Assembly: GCA_051362555.1 (NCBI GenBank)
Contig: CM120644.1
Location: forward strand, 11,368,567 to 11,432,566
Length of the DNA stretch: 64,000 bases
DNA from: Lingula anatina
Lineage: Eukaryota > Animalia > Brachiopoda
Direction: 5' to 3'
Shown: positions 46,251-59,400 of the stretch, piece after piece
Layout of the letters: each line of letters opens with the position of its first letter
Numbering within the stretch: position 1 is the stretch's first letter
Position numbers and translations under genes: made by a program
The notes under the pieces: model-generated
What the model was told of the DNA's origin: nothing
Seen by the model: the letters and a program-made list of their open reading frames with translations, nothing else
The model's database searches: none

Positions 46251-48210
46251 GTTTCTGTGAAAGCCCAGACCGAAAATGCGAAGTCTTAAGAAACACTTAC
46301 GCTCTTATATACAGAGCATTTTCACGTTAATTTAAATAACATCCATAAAAAGCATACTGACCTGACAAGAAATGTGTCAAACATAAGCACCGCGGAATGC
46401 ATGTCGCAATCTGTCCATAGTTTTGAATTATGCGACATCAAAAGGTTCTCCACTATTAGCATGCGTTGTGACCCCGTGACCGCGCTCAGCAATGACAAGA
46501 TGAAATGATTGGCGCACGTCCGTGCCTTAATACACTCCTCTTGATGGCAGAGTGAATGTTGAAAAGACTTAAAAGTGCCAGTGATTATGCAAATGACTCA
46601 GATGAAATGTTTAATCGGAATGCTGACTTCTTGTCGGGCATAAAAAAGTGATTAATCGGTATTTCGCGTATTAACGATTGGTATAAAGTGTGTATATTTA
46701 TTTGTTGCCTCGACCTCGGCCACAATTGGGCGGTATCTACATGTATATTCGCACTCACATGAAGGTTAAAGGGATGAATCTGTGTTTATTTTCAAAGTAA
46801 GTGGTTCTCATACACCCCAACTTCGATTGTCGTGTAATTTAAATTGTTGAAACCACTAGAACGACATGGGCAAGCAAAACAAAAATTCATGGTCAAAAAT
46901 TAGTAGAGAGTGTTGAGGACAAAAGGAGAATGAAGGAATTGTATTAAGACAGGGTGATGGATAAAATGGGGTCAAGTCAGACGACGTACAAGGAGGAATC
47001 TGTTTCTCGTCGATTAAGGGGTCAATGGCTCAATGTTTCCGGACGACAGGGTGACAATTATATCACCCAGCGTTGACATAAAAGTAGATTTATCACCTGT
47101 GTTGAAAATTGTCTGCACCAGCGTAAGTGCTTCCGGAAATCGAATTATGAATCCCTTTTTTCATTTATTATTTTATCAGAACAAGGATGATGTATATATG
47201 AAAAAATAAAGTAATTGATTAGAAAATATACCGCCTATAAGCTACCATCTAGTAACTCTGCTATCCAACCCCAACTCGTCCTAACCCCACCCCTACCTCT
47301 ACCCCTACCCCCATCCCCCAACCCTTCTTTTAAACAAAGTAAAGAGTAGTTCCGTCGCCAAAAATAAAAACGTCAAAATGGGCTCTCAGTGTTCAGCCTT
47401 GATTGTCTACTTATACATGACTTCTGTTGCGAGTAGCAGTGAGGTCGTGACGGTTGCGGTATGACAGTGTTTAAGAACAGCTTGCACTTGGAAATGAGTT
47501 GCGTGTGTCAGGTCCTTAAGACAACACTAGCACCTTTAATGCCCAGAGGTGAGATGATGGAGGGTTTTAATGGCGGGAAACAGGCAAGATCATTATGTTA
47601 CGTAATAAATAATTTTATTTCTGTCCGAACGTGGTTTAAGGCCTAAATTTTAACTTCGTGAAAAAAAATTTAAAAACACAGAAATAATGAAGCCTCCGCC
47701 TCTGTGTGTCGTAGTTGACGTCTGTCGTGGTCGTGCTGGAGGTGGTTGACACACGAGTTAGACACCATCATGGTTCGCTTGGTTTCTAGGAAAGGTAAAG
47801 AACTGAAACTGCCTCACGCTCACGAGTGTTCTGTTAATGGTGTCTGATGGTATCTATAACAATGGACCATTTTTGGGGGGTTCTTCTTGTCAATTTTTTC
47901 TGTTTGCTCTTTTACGATAGCAAACACCTATTTCTCAAAGGCATCGCTCCTCCCAAAGAAACAAAATGGTATTTAACACCACGGCATATTTAAGTCATAT
48001 ATACCATCCAACCCAGATATAGCCCCATATGTATATATTTAAGACATATAAAGCCATATACACCATACACTAAGTAATGCTTGTGCATTATGAACGTTTT
48101 TATTTTGACACAAATTAAGGGGATTTTGTTTCTGAACTGACATTTGGATAAAGCAACTTGGTAGACTGTCCGTGGCAGACATCACACAAGAGCTGAGTGT
48201 AGGCGTACAA

Positions 48211-48244
<34 letters not shown>

Positions 48245-48314
48245 ACACACACGCAAGCACACACAGAGAGAATTACTCTCAAACAGGGAGAGTGAATGGA
48301 TCACTCAATTAAAC

Positions 48315-48352
48315 CAGGGAATTATATCGATTATATCCGATATAATTCCCTG
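48315..48352. repeat. Perfect 15-bp inverted repeat with an 8-nt spacer
   Basis: cagggaattatatcg / cgatataattccctg. Confidence 0.85.
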
Positions 48353-49340
48353 ATTAAACTACCCGAGTTGAGCAGTGGATTTACGTATAAAACCAGAATG
48401 TAACATAAATGAGGAAGATTATACCCCATTCACACTACGCTCAGTTATCCGGATAAGTTGCGAATTAGATCACAATTTGAATAAATGCAGTAGTGTGAAC
48501 GCAAGTGGATTTCTGTAAGAGTCACTAACAGCGCTATGAAACACAGGGCGACGTACGAAGTCACCTTAAAGATATGTGGTCGAAGTCAACCCCAAGTGCA
48601 GATGTCATTAGCGTGAAGGAATAAAGAATAAAGGAATAGGCTAAACAAAAGAGCCCTTACAATAATGATAGAATCAAAACCGACTGATCTCCCGCATAAG
48701 CATCGGTTGTAGTTTTTATACATGCCGAACAAATTGTATGGTACCAGCATGAATCACACCACACATAATGTATACCTTTTGATTGACCTCTGACCCGATA
48801 CAAAACGTATCAAGATCAAGCAATAAGTAACGAAACAAGACGTTTGTTTTACGGGCACTTTTGCCAATTTACGTGTTCACGTTTTATATATATATATATA
48901 AAGATTTTTTTTAGACTTCCACACTGGACCAGCCCAAACCACTGAAACGTATGAAAAAATACGCCCTTTTAATTTTTCAATGCTTAACGGCAATAAATGG
49001 ATCATAAAACAGACATTTTATGCGTTTAAATTTTCAAATTATCATTGCACATTACCAGTACCTGACACTTATTGACTCAAAGGTGGCAGTGAATACATGA
49101 TCTTTGGAGCATTTCGTGCACTTTCGTTTTTATTTTTAATCTACGTTAAAATCTAATTCACAAAAACTTCTCCAAATGTCACGCGAAATCATACCAAATA
49201 GTTTGCACCCAGGGGCGTGACACCGCCAGGTTTATCTGATTAACTTTTTGTCCATTTGGCCAGACAAAGTCATCATAATCCATTCACTGTTTGTGGTCCA
49301 AAGGAGCAGTCGCTTCAGTCGGTGGCGCGTATACAACACC

Positions 49341-51146
49341 ATGTTTTCAACAGTGTTTCTTCTTGTCGTTTTTGGTGTTTGCGTTGAAGGTAAGAGGCAT
49401 CAAAATTGGCTTATTAGATCAGGAAAATTAATTGCACGCGTCCCTGTGGAGAGGGCAATTTTTGTTGTTTTCAAATGTTCTTCAGTCCAACTGGCTGATT
49501 TTTCATATAATTAATCGTGCTTGTTATAAATTCTGTCTTGATATCTTTTTTTAATCTCGACTCAGAAGTTTCCCCTTTTCACCATAAAATAGAAATTTCT
49601 AACTCTGGGTGATAAGGCGATTTTTCTTACACTGACTTTTAAAAACATTAGGTTATATATTCATATATCCAGGTTTTTTATCTAAGATCAACAAATTAAT
49701 CAAACTGGTGATTTTAAGACAAATGAAAAATAACATATAGGCTAATCTCTGTTCATTAATTTAATATTTTGTTCTGTCTCCATATTTACATTTACCAGTA
49801 TTGGATACGCTATGAAAGACAACGATGTGTCAAACACAATTAACAGCGCGGACTTATGAAGTTTGTTCCAAAATAAACAAATGCTGTTAAAAAAAAACAG
49901 CATGGCAAACTGTCAGAACATTTTTTGTAAATATAATTCAATCCAATCAAATTTAATTTTAAAGCGTGGTCACCAAAGGGAGGCGTAACGACAATCGCGG
50001 TGTGGTCCAAGTGGAGTGAGTACTCAATCTGCACGGCTTCCTGCGGCGGAGGGATTCAGTTGGCGAGGAGGGAATGTCTGCTGGTGCAAGGAACCAATAG
50101 GAATCCATTGCTGAACTTTGCAGGAGTTGTGCAGACGTGTACGGGAAGTGACGTCGACATCCGTCTCTGTAACACTGCTGCATGTGTGGGTAAGTTTTTT
50201 TGTTTTTTTTTTAACTTTTTCATCTTTTGCTTTTAACTACCATTTGTCGCCATCTTCCTTCACCTAGAGAAAAGTGTCCAACATTTTTACCATCGATCAA
50301 AACATAATTCCCCAGCATGGTTGTGGTAATTTATCATCCAGTAAGGATAGAACATACTCGTACCTTTACGCATAATGTAGATAACCCTCCGGTCCTTTAT
50401 AAGAGCAGGGTTAGGAACATATTTTGAGGATAACTCATAACTTCAGTTTTCTTCAGATTGCTGTTAATCGTCTATCATGCAATAGCCTCTATTTCTTAAA
50501 TAACTAGCAATAGACGTCGATGTTACATGTACCCCAATTATACTTCCAGATAAAAACCAAAACACTTTTAAACCATCAGCTTTTAATTTCAAAACAACAG
50601 CTGGCTATACTGTAGGTACAAAAAAGCTTGGAAATATACAGACACATACATGAACAGTGTCTGTATTAAAAAGATTATTCTCTGAAACTCATTCCGTTTT
50701 ATTCCCTTGCAGTCCAGGGAGGATGGACACAGTGGTCTGTCGTCTCCGCGTGCTGTGGTGGTCGCGTCGTGCGTCATCGCTCGTGCACGGAACCAGTCCC
50801 AGTGAACGCTCCTGAGTGTACAGGTGCGGCTGTGGAAGCACGCACGTGCACAGCCAAGGAGACAGAACAGTGCGGATGCCCTGCTTCTTGTGGTAAACCA
50901 ACGACGGCGCCGAAAGTCAAGGCACCAGCCGCAGTGGCGCCATCTGTAGGCGACAATGGCACTCTGGTGGCAGTGGCCGTTCTAGACGACACACCCAGTA
51001 AAGTGGCGGAATTATTGACACCTGGTGACGATGTTGAGGGATCGGGTGACGAGGACACGAAGGAGGGGTCTAAACTAAAACCTGGCTATGGAAAGGCAGC
51101 CAACTCTTTTGGTCTTCTGGGTGATTTCTCGTTGTATTACCTGTAA
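49341..51146 (+). CDS. Small secreted protein with two thrombospondin type 1 repeats (paralog B)
   Basis: Exons 49341-49389 (MFSTVFLLVVFGVCVE), 49965-50189 (WSKWSEYSICTASCGGGIQLARREC), 50713-51146 (VQGGWTQWSVVSACCGG..RHRSCTEP plus an Ala/Pro-rich then acidic tail). AATAAA at ~51184. Confidence 0.88.
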
Positions 51147-51489
51147 AAGAAGCAACGCATGATGTTTGGTGCAATCCGTTATGAATAAATAATTTCAATT
51201 AGAGCGACTAGTCAAGTAACTTAAACGTCTTTTCAGTGTGTTGATCAATTTCTGTTTTACCTTGAATATAGATATATTCGCCAGAGAACATTAAAAACGA
51301 AATTAGTTTTAAAAGTTGTGTAGTTTTTATTTTAAAGAACTCTTTGGCGTACAACGCATTCTTTATAGATATTTTGAAGTTACAAAATAACCACTGATAG
51401 ATAGGCCTAAATATTAACTGGAATTGTCTGCAAAAATTTTCTTTAATCGTTGATAGAACTGTTTCCAAACACTAGTACCATCATCCCGC

Positions 51490-51520
<31 letters not shown>

Positions 51521-53469
51521 TATAATAATAATAATTAAATTTTTTGCACTAACATTTGGATGGTACATATGTAATCTCACTTAAATGGTAATTCTAAGAA
51601 AAAAACATCAAACATCAAACATTTTCTAAAATACATTGACAATGCTCAGGGTATAAAGGTCCTTGAGCCTGTCACTTTTCACAGTTTTGGCACTTAAAGC
51701 CCTTCTAGTGTTCATTGTAGTTCAGTACTTGAGGACGCTGGGCGACACGCGTCCATCATCGAGTAGGCGATCGACACCCTTTAAGACTTGAACTACTTTT
51801 CTTGAACATTGCAAAATGATTTTTTTTAGAAATAGTCATCCTTTGTTTTATGACGGTCAAGGCGAAGTATTTGATCTCATGCCTTAGGTAACTACTATAA
51901 TTACGTGCTACATACGAGATGTCTATCTAATGTAAGAGCAGAAAATCATGCAGTTTCTAAAGCACAGACAATTGCTTCAAGCACGAAAGGCGGGGCCAGT
52001 TTTGATCACATCTTATAGATTTAAATTTAGGTCCTAGTCGTGTCGATTTTGCTCTGATCTGCCTCTATAGAAATAATCATCACTTGTGTGTAATAGCACT
52101 TATGAGCAGCCAATTACCGATAAGTCACTCAATATATGACAGATTAAGTATGAGAATAATTAGCATAAGAAACCTCGGTTATTTAAAACATACCGCTGAA
52201 AAACCGGGCATATCTATGACACGTTTTAAAAAAATCCAGAGGCTCTCTTTGTACACGTAGACCTTCGCAAATCAGACTGTATTCAGGCTGACAGTTGTTT
52301 TCAAAAAATATGTCAGGGACAATTCCGCGTAAAAAATATAAACCGGCGGCCTGCTGCCAAATTTCATTGAATTATTGTGGATAATTTTTGAGTTATCAAA
52401 ACTGGAGGCAGTATACTAGGTAAAAATGTTATACATGTATAACTTGGTGTGTTTAATGTGTACAGAATTCTCTTTTGGGTAGAGCACCAAGGCAGTGTTG
52501 AAATGGGTAATAGGACAACTCCAATGAGATATTAAAATGGTTCGTGTTGCCTGTTCTTCACTGCATCCAGATTCCCCTATTTTGCCTACAGAAAATAAAG
52601 GGAATCATGAAATCCGAAATGCTGTAGCTGTGCCTCTCTTCATTTAATTATTGCAACAAATGTCTCCTCCGCAGTGAAAGCTTTCTTAAACAAACACGTT
52701 TGTATCCATTCTGTTTCTTCTTGCAGTTACGTTTTTCAATAGACATTTCGTTATTAAAGGTAAAACGGATGAATTCATGATGGAAATACCAAAGTTTATA
52801 GGACGCTGATCACGTGCTCGTCGATCTTGTCAGATGAACATTTACAATTTATTAAAAACTTATATGAAATAATTCTACAGCTACAGCCCGAAAATGTGTT
52901 ATACATTACATATACGCATATTAGAATACCAATCAGGTCTTGCAAAGCCATTGAAATGGCGTAGCGTTCGAAAATTTGTATGTTGCCTACCTTTGCCGAA
53001 ATTCGAGAATTTTGCTTAGATTTATCAACAATAAGTACCAAGTGAAAAAATTAGGCACATATGCATTAGCACAGTTTAAAGGCGTGGACTTTCCCTGCGG
53101 CTGGTTGTGGAACTGAACCTAAGGTGGTTGTGGTGAATAGCATGTCACTTCAGTCTCAACGGCTGCCCTTTGTTTACCACAACCAAAAACTGAGAGTAAA
53201 ATAACGCGCAAGCGTGCACAGGTGTATACATCAGAGGTAAGTGAACGTTGCACTTCCTCCAAAAATGGCTTGAATATAATGTAGCTATCGCTTTCATTGT
53301 AACCACGTCACAGACAGGAATTCTTGTTCAGTGTGGAGGAATGGGCAAAAAATAAATAAACAAATAAAATAAATAAATAAAATAATAATAATGAAAAAAT
53401 GAAAATAAAAAATTACAAAAAATAAAATGACGAAAGTCAATTTTGCCAATCCATGTTTTGATTGAAAAA

Positions 53470-53512
<43 letters not shown>

Positions 53513-54874
53513 AAATGTTGATCTATCTTACCAAAATAAAGAAAAAAATAGCATTCATGCGCTAAGGTCCATTTCAATGCACTACAAAGCTGAATAACTT
53601 GCAATGGTTTGTAACCGATAGTGTATATATAACTATCTTTATTTCTGTACATTCTCTCGGTTTGCTCTAAAAGTAGGAATAAAGATGTACGTCATAAAAT
53701 TCAAATCTTCATAATTTGTGATATATTTTCAAGATTATATCCCCAAGATTATATATGTATGTATTATATGTATTACACCGGGTATTATACAAAATAAGTG
53801 ATCCCTTTTGTTATATCTGTACAATACTCACAAATGATATAATATTCATATTTTGTAAGAATTTCAAAATATTAATCACTAACAGACTTCCTCTTTTTTA
53901 TGTGTGACTGTACAGAAGTTTTTCACATTTCTTGTACATCGCTTTAACAACAAAATAATCATAAGTAATAATGATATTGATAATAATAATCTTAAGCACC
54001 AACCCTTTATCCAAGACTCATATTTTCAATTTCATTTTTCTCCATAAAATACTATACTCTGCACTTACAGAACATATACAAGTCTAAAACTGATAGTATT
54101 ATCTGAAAAATCACTATATCAACATATAAAACTTACACCAAAAACAATACAGATTTCACAAATATCTCTAGGCATGGCAAAATTAACTGCTAATTTTTCT
54201 ATCCAGATTTCTTTAAGCTTTGCAATATGGTAATGAATCAATGATGCATTAAAAAAAATAGAAAGCAGGTTATGTTCATATTAGATTGGTTTAAAAAAAT
54301 TGAAAAATAAATGGAAACACTGAATATTGACATAAGCTATATTTTAAAAGTTGTGAAATACTAGCACAATACTATTATACTTAATATACAGAATACTAAT
54401 AATGCAGAGCGAAAGTAACTACGTAATACAATGTATGAACAAAATAGAAAATACTAGACTACAATACATCTCAACAAAGCTTTTAAAAAGTGTAAAGAAT
54501 CTGTTAACAGGGTACAAATTAAACTCTGTCTAACTTATCACTGAAGCATTTCCACCCTGACTAAGTATGACCCAATTGTTGCGTTTGACAAATTAAATAT
54601 GTAATTAACATTTTCTTAAGGTTGACTTAATGAGAGGCCAATAAATAGAATTCACCTTGGGTTTTCATGGCATCCCCTATAATACTATACCAACAAATAA
54701 CTGGTATGACCTTAGTTAACTCTAGGATCGAACATAACTTACGTTGGATCTTAGGTTTAATGAACAGATATGTTTATTTTGTAATGTTTGAGCAAATCAA
54801 GTGACACCAGTAAATATTCAGTTTATCTTCACATTCAGCTTACTGTCAAATCTATTACAGTACCACACTTTAAC

Positions 54875-55240
54875 CAATGTCAAACAGAGCATAATGTCAC
54901 ATCTATCATACCTCAACAATGTCTTGGGTAAGACTATTCAAACATAAGAATCCAACATCACATTCAAAAACCGTCACATCTGCAACAAAGGCACAATCTA
55001 ACACATTGTCATATCTACAACAGTACATCATCTAACACGACCCCCCCCCCCAAAAAAAAAAAAATTAATTTAACAAAATGTCACAATTTTACGCAATATC
55101 CTAACATGATGGCACATTCTAACATTATATATCATATCTAACAAACTACATCATCTAACAAAATGCCACATTTACTTCAATATTTAATCTTAGACTAACA
55201 GATTGTCATAATTCAACAAAATGTCATTTTTAACATGCCT
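54875..55240. repeat. Degenerate short-period tandem repeat (tgtcaca/catctaaca-like units)
   Basis: Recurrent aatgtcaca, catctaacac and tcatatcta motifs. Confidence 0.6.
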
Positions 55241-55493
55241 TATCTGTATGGAATGCACATTCCATATAACACACAGGACAATAAAGTAATTGGAACAAAA
55301 TCAAATCAGAAAACCAACCGAATTCTAAACAACACAACAGAGTTAAAATTTTTTCCTACCAATTCCTGCCCCATCCCTGTGTCTCACCTGCCATGCTGTA
55401 CATAACAAAGTTAATCCACTGTCACAGAGTTCTACATGTACCTGTATTTAGATACTTGATGCTTTACTTAACACAGGAATGATAACAGAGTAA

Positions 55494-55751
55494 GGCTTCA
55501 TTCACATGGAATGTCTATTTTCTAAAAATCTATTTTCTATTCGCGCTATCTTATGATCACGGTCTGTGCCCTGAATATCCCGCCGCGTAATTACTGGCAG
55601 CGCGAGCCAGTTACTTATAGTAACTTATAGTAACTGGCTCGCGCTGCCAGTAATTACGCCGCGGGATATTCAGGGCACAGACCGTGATCATTAGACATAC
55701 CGCGAATAGAAAATAGAATTTAGAAAATAGACATTGCATGTGAATGAAGCC
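55494..55751. mobile_element. Near-perfect palindromic PIF/Harbinger-type MITE (258 bp), TAA TSD
   Basis: GGCTTCATTCACATG...CATGTGAATGAAGCC; arms pair over ~120 bp; TAA on both sides. Confidence 0.92.
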
Positions 55752-56069
55752 TAAGTGATGTAGAAGATTTTTTACAGAATTATAATTACTGGACCCTAAA
55801 GAACCATAGCCCACACATTTGTGTCTCATTTGAATTACGAACAACCAGTGGTACAGATTGCTATGTCGTAGTTCCTCTGTCAAATTATTCTGACAAAGAT
55901 GATCCATGATCTATCACGTGACCTAGCCTTCATGTCATGTGACCCAGGCTTCCTGTCACATGACTACTTACTCTACTATCACATGATTTATCTCTGCTCT
56001 CACATAAAAAACCTTTTTCTTCTATCACAGAAATTAGAAAATTCTTAGCCTGACAGTGAGTAGATATCC

Positions 56070-56470
56070 AGAGCACAAGAGAGTGAAATATAAAGCAGTG
56101 TCACCTTTTTTTTCACTTTAGAGTTCTCCAGATGTGATAAGCTGCCCTAGGAGTGAGAATACTTGTGAAGAGAAAGCATAAGAGGGTGAAATATAAAGCA
56201 ATGTCTCCTTTTTTTACTCTGTAAATGTGATAAGCTATCCTAGGAATCATAAGACTTGTGAAGACAGATCACATGGGGATGCAATATAAAACAATGTCTC
56301 CTTTTTTCACAGAACAGTTCTCTAGATATAAGCAACCTTAGGAGTGAGAAGACTTGTAAAGAGAGAGCACAAGAGGCTGAAATATAAAGTAGTGCCCCCC
56401 TTATTTTCACTGCAGAGTCCTCCAGATGTGAAAAGCTATCCTAGGAGTGAAAAGACTTGAGAAGAGAGAG
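56070..56470. repeat. Four ~100-bp tandem units copying the TMEM19 stop-codon region
   Basis: Units start at ~56070, 56173, 56266 and 56363 and share gaaatataaagca, cagatgtga.aagct and cctaggagtga. The last unit overlaps the CDS. Confidence 0.88.
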
Positions 56471-59400
56471 GACAATAGGTTGACCCCATGGTTATCCAGC
56501 ACAGCTGAGCCTGAGATGTCCTCCACTCCTGGACCAGGTTCTTCTACTATACACCTCCTCTTTGTGCAATAACCTGAGATAGAGAAACACACAACTTTAA
56601 CCATAACAACATCGTTTTATCCTTTTTTTTTTTTTTTTTTTGGGGGGGGGGGGGGGGAGGGGCAGCATTGCAGTAACTGAAAATGAGGAAAATTGCTAAA
56701 TGTAGCCAAGCACAGGTTCTTCTACTGTAACTACATACATGTGCTTCCTTTTGTGAAATGACCTAAATAACCTATAAATACCAGTAGAGAAATTTGTCAA
56801 TTTTAAACAGGGCCATTTTTAATGTGCAATTAAGAATTTAATTTCTTCCAATCAACTTTTTTTTTGTCCAAAATGAAGAAAATTATAAATTTAACCAGGA
56901 TAGTTTTCTTTAGGTGCAATTACCAAAAGTAAAGATAATTATAAATTCCATCCAGGAACACATATCTGATGAAGATACCAGTACAAAAATTTAAAAAATT
57001 TACTCACCTGAATATTGCAATGTTGCCCCTAGCAATGAGTCTATAAGTGACCCCATGACCCCTGCCAGTGTTGCCACGACAACAACTGGCCACTGTGGGG
57101 GACTGTTGGTGAGATGACTGGACTGCTCCAGCAAGGTCAAGGTAACATAATAAGCCACGCCCACTATAAAACCACCAAATGCACTGGCCAGGGTTCCTAC
57201 AATGGTCACGCCACCATTTGTCCCTGAAATATCCAGAAGCATTTTCCTATTACTTTCAAAATCAGCTTTGCTGCTATACAACTGACTTGGATATTTTGAA
57301 ACACAAAATCTGCTTCCTCCCCTACAGATACTCTTAATTAACATAAAAGTCTAAAAATAGCCTGCCTGATGTCAAAATGTGGAGAGGCATCTTACATTTT
57401 AATGATTAAAATCTGATTGACACATTAGTAATTTACTAGTACATACTTAACACCCCTAAAAAAAATTAAGAAAGGGAAAAAAGAACCTAGATCAACAAAT
57501 AACTGAGCATGTTGGTCATCAAACTGAATTTCATCATAGCCATCTTATCAGTTATATAAAGACAATCTGAATGCTGTTTTATTTCAAATACTGTTTTTAA
57601 ATTACTTAATTGTTAAACCTCAAATGATATAAGAGTGAGAATGTTAAGTAACCTTTGGGTACTTTCTCCAGAGTGGTAATTAGTCTGGGGACACCTGACC
57701 CCAACACTGTGCCCAGTTCTGAGGCAAAAGTGTCTCCACAGCAACCAGCTATAGCCCCTGAATAATAATAACAATAATAATAATATTTACTTACATATTA
57801 AATATACATGAGATATCGATTTTTGTAATAGCTTTAAAAACCAACATGTTAGTCAAGAGCCCTAGTGCAGTATAAGGATATCAAAACATTATAAGGATAT
57901 AAAAACTTTTTATTTGCCATTAAATTGATGAGTTTGAATTAAAAAAATTAAATGCCGACAAGATGAATTTCCTGGTAACATTTTAAAGGTAAATATCATC
58001 ATTGATATCATCAGAAGAAATCAAGATCAGACAAAATATTTCTGCCTTACCTAAAACTGCCATGCTCCACCAGGTGGCGTTGTAGTTTTGTGAAAAGTTC
58101 AGCAGCTTCTCCCCACACCCCACATCACACAAATAGAGCACTGCCATCTCCGTGGCAACACCTCCATTGCACAACACCTGCACCCAGTTCCTCTGACCAC
58201 CTGAGGGTCAAAGGTCACACAAAGGTCATGAAAGGTCATAACATCTGGATATCATAATTAAATACATTTTCTTGAATCAGAAGAAATGATTAAAAATAAA
58301 TTAACTTTAAAGTTTGGTTCTGTTTGCAATTATTTCTTTACTTAAAAAAAATATTTTTCTTAATTAGAATAGAAATTCTTCATGATTCATTCATAAAAGC
58401 AGCTATGTTAACCTGTAAGGTGTAAATGTAAGCAAAGGAAAAGGTATAACTAACATATATTTCATTACTAATGCATATATGTATACTGTACACATAACTG
58501 ACTTGGAAAACAAAAATAACTTTCCACAGAAAAAATACCTTCTTTAAAATCTGCTTCCAACTTCTTCTTTTTGTCGCTACGGAATTTCGTAGCTTTTGAT
58601 GCAAAAAAGAAGAAAGCCAGCAAAGAGGAGAAGAAGCATGCACTGCTGAAGGTCAATATAAAACCAATGATCAGTCCTAAAATTAAAACACATTTATCAA
58701 TTATCAGTCTTAAAATTGCAACAAATATATATATCAATTATCAGTCCTAAAATTAAAATAAGTACATCATTCAATTATCAGTCCTAAAATAAAAACACAT
58801 ACATCAATTATCAGTCCTACAATTAAAACATCATGCAGGTACCAGTATAATTAAAGATTTAGTAAGGCATCAGCTGACATCACTCTAATTTTACTGCCAT
58901 TCGGCTAAAATGAAAACATGTTTTGGCTGCCAGTCTCTTCTCTGCAATGAAAGGTAGGCCTGAAAAAATGAATGGAACTGCCCTGGCAAGTTTCTGGTAT
59001 TACAAATGTATGTCATACAGTGTAGGTCAGGTTAACTGAAGGAAACTGCCAAAGGAATCACCAGAGCAGAAATGAAGTGGTATTGTGCTGCTTCTGCACG
59101 AAATAACCTCAAACTCATGAATACAAAAGGATACCCTACGACTGCATTCCCACAGATTTAGATCGATCCGTCTGGATCAACTTAATTCCCTGGGGGTTCA
59201 CGCTAAATAGCTGTTAGCTCAAGAGGCTTAAATGTCTGCCACGCCTACCAAATCAGCTAGGGTAAAGATAATTACCCCCTTATAGCTTTACTAAGCGTGA
59301 CAGACATTTAAGCCAGCCAAGTTGACAGCAATTTAGTGAGACTCCCCAGGGGGATAGATCGATCTAAATATCTGTGGGAATGGTCTCTAAGTGTAATTCC

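Noticed and set aside
58204-58239. Clustered AGGTCA nuclear-receptor half sites
   Set aside because: More simply explained as a short tandem repeat forming the minus-strand branch/pyrimidine region (tgacct) of the exon 4 acceptor.
56070-58830. Regularly spaced repeats considered as CRISPR-like arrays
   Set aside because: Eukaryotic context; units are degenerate tandem copies of adjacent TMEM19 sequence without unique spacers, and no cas genes are present.
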